From the NCBI GenBank assembly GCA_963579735.1, contig CAUZIB010000009.1, positions 13,491 to 77,490 of the forward strand: a DNA stretch of 64,000 nucleotides, in the 5' to 3' direction. Below, one piece after another: positions 60,862 to 64,000 of the stretch (within the stretch, counting starts at the first letter, position 1; every line of letters starts with the position of its first letter). The notes below the pieces were generated by a model, which was given only the letters and a program-made list of their open reading frames with translations, was not told where the DNA came from and ran no database searches. The position numbers and the translations under genes were made by a program. This DNA is from Vicinamibacteria bacterium. GTDB lineage: Bacteria; Acidobacteriota; Vicinamibacteria; Vicinamibacterales; UBA8438.

Positions 60862-61488
60862 ATGATGTGGCGACGTCACGCAGACGATGCAGCGCTCCTC
60901 GAAATGGTGGTACCAAACTCCAACGCGACCACTCGGGAAACATCGACCTCAGCGCATATCCGTGCCTGCGAGACGTGTCAAGCACGTGCTGCTCGATGGC
61001 GCCAGATGCTTGATGGCTTGGCTGACGCCGGACCGTCTTCGTTTGACGAGCTCGTGTCGCCCCACCATCTCGACACGCAACGTCGACGGGTGATGGGTCG
61101 AATCGAACGGCTGTATGCGCCACCCGAATCCGCGCACGTGCTGAGATTCCCCGCGGCGACGCGTCCAGCCCTCAGCAAGGTGCGCCTGGTGACGCGATGG
61201 ATGAGCGCGGCTGCCGCGGCCGGTCTTCTGGTGGGGATCACGATCGGGCAGTTTGTTCACCTCCACCCAGAGTGGCCAACCCTCGGTTCCGCGCGTGACG
61301 CGTCGGTCGAGAGTGTGGAGGAGGAGGGACGTCAAGGGACCACGGTGACGGTGGCGCCCGCCCGCACCCCGACCGCATCGTTACTGGATCGGCTCGACCT
61401 GGTCCTGACCACACCCCAGATCCCCGCGTTGACCTCGCTCGACGAGTTCACACCCCGTATTCGTGAAATCGCGATCAACCCCTGGTAA
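60862..61488 (+). CDS. Anti-sigma factor (zinc-finger type, single TM)
   Basis: Start overlaps the sigma stop (TAGTGATGATG). HIRACETCQARAARW motif. TM segment WMSAAAAAGLLVGITIGQFV. Confidence 0.6.
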   Translation: MMWRRHADDAALLEMVVPNSNATTRETSTSAHIRACETCQARAARWRQMLDGLADAGPSSFDELVSPHHLDTQRRRVMGRIERLYAPPESAHVLRFPAATRPALSKVRLVTRWMSAAAAAGLLVGITIGQFVHLHPEWPTLGSARDASVESVEEEGRQGTTVTVAPARTPTASLLDRLDLVLTTPQIPALTSLDEFTPRIREIAINPW

Positions 61489-62728
61489 GACCCTGGACGA
61501 AGCCGTGCCACGCGTTGACGTCGACGCCGGAGTGACAGCCGCGCCGGTCACGATCTTTCGGAAGGGGCTCGACCTCAAAGATGCGGTAGCCGGTTCGCTC
61601 GCGCGGGACTATCACAGCCAGCTCGTTGCAGAAATTCGACGGACGGGTGAGGGCTGGCGGCGCGGTCGACTGCACGTTCATCTCGCAAAAGAATTTGGTT
61701 TCTGCTACGGCGTCGACCGAGCCGTCGATTATGCCTATCAAGCGCGGAAAAGATTCCCTGATCAAAACGTGTATTTGACAGGCGAGATCATCCACAACCC
61801 CCAGGTGAATACACGCCTACGCGAATCCGGAATTCGTTTCCTGAGTGATCCCGGAGAGTCGATCGGGCAGGTCCGACAACACGACGTGGTCATCCTGCCC
61901 GCATTTGGTGTCACGATCGACCAGCTGTCGCAGCTGGAACGCCAAGGATGCACGCTTGTCGACACGACCTGTGGGTCGGTACTCAACGTGTGGAAAAACG
62001 TTCGCCAATATACGAAGGCCGGACTCACGGCGGTCATCCACGGCAAGGTCCGTCATGAGGAGACGCAGGCGACAGCGTCGCAGGCGCTCTCGGGACAGTA
62101 TCTGGTAATTCTCGACCGGGATGAAGCCAACGTTCTGTGTGGCTTCATTCGCGGTCTGGTAAGCGCGAAGGAGCTTCTCAATCGGTTCAAAAACGCCCAC
62201 TCGCCTGGATTTGAACCTGACCGCGACCTCCAACGAATCGGCCTGGCGAACCAGACCACCATGCTCATGTCGGAATCCCTGGAAATCGGAGATATGATCC
62301 GCGGCGCCCTGTCCGATCGATATGGTAGCGACGCTCTGGCTGGCAACTATCGAGCGTTCGAAACCATCTGTAGCGCGACGCAGGACCGGCAGGATGCCGT
62401 ACACGCGCTCCTCGCAAAGCGTATATTCGATCTCGCCGTCGTCATCGGCGGTTACAACAGCAGCAACACTCGCAACCTTGCGCGTATCTGCGCCGATGCT
62501 GTGCCGTCGTTTCACATCGCCGACGCCAACTGCCTGAGATCGTCAGCAGAGATTCTGTATCGTCCCACCACGGCCTCGCCGAGCGCGCCCGCCCAAGGTC
62601 AAGAAATTGCCCACGACTGGTTTCCGGTTCGCGATAAGGTCACCGTCGCGGTGACCGCCGGCGCATCAACGCCTGACAGCATCGTGGGCGATGTCATCGA
62701 CCGCCTCGGCGTCATCGCGCAGGGCTGA
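61463..62728 (+). CDS. ispH: 4-hydroxy-3-methylbut-2-enyl diphosphate reductase (long form)
   Basis: FGFCYGVDRAV, TCGSVLNVW and SSNT motifs. The N-terminal extension resembles the cyanobacterial/plant-type enzyme. Start is GTG at 61463 or 61505. Confidence 0.9.
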   Translation: MKSRSTPGKTLDEAVPRVDVDAGVTAAPVTIFRKGLDLKDAVAGSLARDYHSQLVAEIRRTGEGWRRGRLHVHLAKEFGFCYGVDRAVDYAYQARKRFPDQNVYLTGEIIHNPQVNTRLRESGIRFLSDPGESIGQVRQHDVVILPAFGVTIDQLSQLERQGCTLVDTTCGSVLNVWKNVRQYTKAGLTAVIHGKVRHEETQATASQALSGQYLVILDRDEANVLCGFIRGLVSAKELLNRFKNAHSPGFEPDRDLQRIGLANQTTMLMSESLEIGDMIRGALSDRYGSDALAGNYRAFETICSATQDRQDAVHALLAKRIFDLAVVIGGYNSSNTRNLARICADAVPSFHIADANCLRSSAEILYRPTTASPSAPAQGQEIAHDWFPVRDKVTVAVTAGASTPDSIVGDVIDRLGVIAQG

Positions 62729-62803
62729 TCGGCCGCTCCGGTCTGCTCCCCTTGCCAAGCGGCTGTCCATGAGACAGGATGACGCCTCGATCGAGCGTCG
62801 AAC

Positions 62804-62920
62804 GTCGGATGTAAACGGTGCCAGGCGAGGTGCCGTATGGTCGGATGTAAACGATGCCAGGCGAGGTGCCGTATGGTCGGATGTAAACGATGCCAGGCTA
62901 GGCGCCGTATGTCGGATGAG
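62804..62920 (+). repeat. 36-bp tandem repeat, 3.25 copies, each carrying GTAAAC-N17-CGTAT
   Basis: Units at 62804-62839, 62840-62875 and 62876-62911 differ by 1-2 nt. A partial fourth unit follows. Confidence 0.95.
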
Positions 62921-62935
62921 AGGAGCAAATCTTTG

Positions 62936-63427
62936 GTGAGACTGTGCAGCCCAGCAACGTTAATCACGCGGGTGCTCGTGATCAGTCTGACGCTGGCCGT
63001 ATTCTGGGTCGCGCCGCCACAAGCGGAGGGTGGCCAGCGACATCCACACCGCTGGTGGCAATCTGGCGAGATCAAGGCCGCGCTTCAGATCACAGACAAG
63101 CAGTCGACTGCGATCGAAGACATCTTTGCCTCGACCATTCCGGCATTGCGAGGCCTTGCGAACACGCTGGAACTCGAGGAGCACGAATTGTCCCAGCATA
63201 TCGCCGACATGAACGTCGCCGAATGGGAGTTGACGCTCCAGATCGACAAGGTCGAAGCAGCCCGAAGCGCGTTGAGCAAGAAACGCATTCTGATGCTCTA
63301 TCACATGCGGAAAGAGCTGACCCCACAGCAACTGTCTGAGCTAAGAGTTATCGAAAAACGTCGGCGGGAAGAACGGGACCAACAAGAGCGCGATCAAAAG
63401 AACAACGGCGCGTCCCCTTGCCGCTAG
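62936..63427 (+). CDS. Periplasmic Spy/CpxP-family (LTXXQ) protein
   Basis: GTG at 62936 lies 10 nt after AGGAG. Signal peptide VRLCSPATLITRVLVISLTLAVFWVAPPQAEG. ELTPQQLSEL motif. Helical, with a charged tail. Confidence 0.7.
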   Translation: MRLCSPATLITRVLVISLTLAVFWVAPPQAEGGQRHPHRWWQSGEIKAALQITDKQSTAIEDIFASTIPALRGLANTLELEEHELSQHIADMNVAEWELTLQIDKVEAARSALSKKRILMLYHMRKELTPQQLSELRVIEKRRREERDQQERDQKNNGASPCR

Positions 63428-63571
63428 TCGGCGGTCGCAGAGCAATGCTGACCAGCCTGTGACCGCGGCCCATGGCTCAGCGGCCCTGCTCTGCGCCACA
63501 GATGGCGAAACTTGAACTTCCGTTTACGCAGCGACGCCGGCTGTCCTCCGTCAGGACACCGCCATCAGTCC

Positions 63572-63680
63572 TCCGAGGCGCGAGCCGGAGTAGCCGGTGC
63601 CACGGGCTTCCGAGGCGCGAGCCGGAGTAGCCGCTGCCCCGGCTTCCGAGCCGCGAGCCGGAGCGTTCCGCGGCCCCCGG
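63572..63680. repeat. GC-rich 36/37-nt tandem repeat, about 3 copies
   Basis: Units at 63572-63608 (37 nt), 63609-63644 (36 nt) and a degenerate third at 63645-63680. The unequal unit length argues against coding. Confidence 0.85.
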
Positions 63681-63917
63681 ACCGGTTTGACGGTCGCGAT
63701 CTCGATGACCTCCGAACTGTTTGAACCGTTCCGTCGTCTGCTATTGGTGAGTCGCCGACATGCTTTACCTGCGGGAGCGCCGCGGAGAAGGGTCATCCAA
63801 TGGTCCGGCATGCTCCGGACGAGGCGACGGGCCGACCTAGACGCGATGAGCGAGCGAATTTTGGCATATGCCTATAAGACCAACGCCGCCGACGCGGACG
63901 TGCGAGCCAAAGCCTCG

Positions 63918-63945
63918 GTGACTCTTGTCTGCGACAGTCCACGAG
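63918..63945 (+). repeat. Dispersed conserved intergenic element, copy C (core only)
   Basis: GTGACTCTTGTCTGCGACAGTCCACGAG matches 23/28 with copy A, and the last 15 nt are identical. It ends 16 nt before the ATG at 63962. Confidence 0.7.
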
Positions 63946-63961
63946 TGTGGGTGAGGAATAT

Positions 63962-64000
63962 ATGAAACACCGTCGGGGTCTTCAGTATCATGATGCGGGC
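63962..64000 (+). CDS. Start of an unidentified gene running off the window
   Basis: ATG at 63962 is preceded by GAGGA (63953-63957). Only 13 codons are visible. Confidence 0.25.
   Translation, partial: MKHRRGLQYHDAG

Noticed and set aside
62804-62920. Tandem repeats as a CRISPR array, or as a coding repeat (MVGCKRCQARCR x3 fused to the Spy-like ORF from 62837)
   Set aside because: The units are directly adjacent with no spacers, so this is not CRISPR. The Cys/Arg-rich repeat peptide would precede the obvious signal peptide, and AGGAG plus GTG at 62936 gives a normal secreted protein.

Overview
High-GC (about 65%) chromosomal segment from a Gram-negative bacterium. LolA, TonB, a beta-barrel outer-membrane protein and a Tat signal are all present. 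The phylum is not determinable from this window; Acidobacteriota or Gemmatimonadota-like is only a guess. The window is densely packed with about 60 mostly housekeeping genes, many translationally coupled by 4-nt ATGA/GTGA overlaps. Main blocks, left to right: (1) thrC, rhodanese and lolA. (2) A long minus-strand run nagZ-ldcA-mpl-pxpB-pxpC-murB-murA that joins peptidoglycan recycling to de novo synthesis, with a divergent GHMP sugar kinase and PolX. (3) A minus-strand cluster of Tat-flavoprotein, orphan beta-sandwich protein, diheme cytochrome c, CBM9/DUF5916 outer-membrane protein and nitronate monooxygenase. (4) rodZ-like, thiE, then the classical ffh-rpsP-KH-rimM-trmD-rplS-rnhB block. (5) plsY-gpsA-ftsY-ribD-ribE-ribBA. 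(6) cinA, pgpA and an RDD protein. (7) A formimidoyltransferase convergent with a flippase-like/nrdR/NtrY-like kinase/sigma-54 activator operon. (8) purC, then groES-groEL with a canonical sigma-70 promoter, CIRCE and a terminator. (9) tonB, a stress-protein-like gene, selB, rnr, glycerate kinase, gatB and pckA. (10) SpoIID-like, ECF sigma/anti-sigma, ispH and a Spy/CpxP-like gene. I found no CRISPR array, transposase, integrase, phage gene, tRNA or rRNA, and no recognisable defence system. The most interesting signals are non-coding. First, a GTAAACG...CGTAT ECF-type promoter motif lies upstream of the ECF sigma gene and is triplicated inside a 36-bp tandem repeat in front of the Spy/CpxP-like gene. 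Second, a different 36/37-nt tandem array sits just downstream of that gene. Third, a dispersed conserved intergenic element occurs in three copies, each upstream of a start codon. Fourth, an 18-bp inverted repeat encloses about 100 nt between the RDD gene and pgpA. On the coding side, the flavoprotein/beta-sandwich/diheme cytochrome/OMP cluster is a candidate function that is not well described. So are pxpBC without pxpA inside the murein operon and the GHMP kinase next to nagZ. All functional calls rest on my recognition of motifs in the supplied translations; no database search was run.
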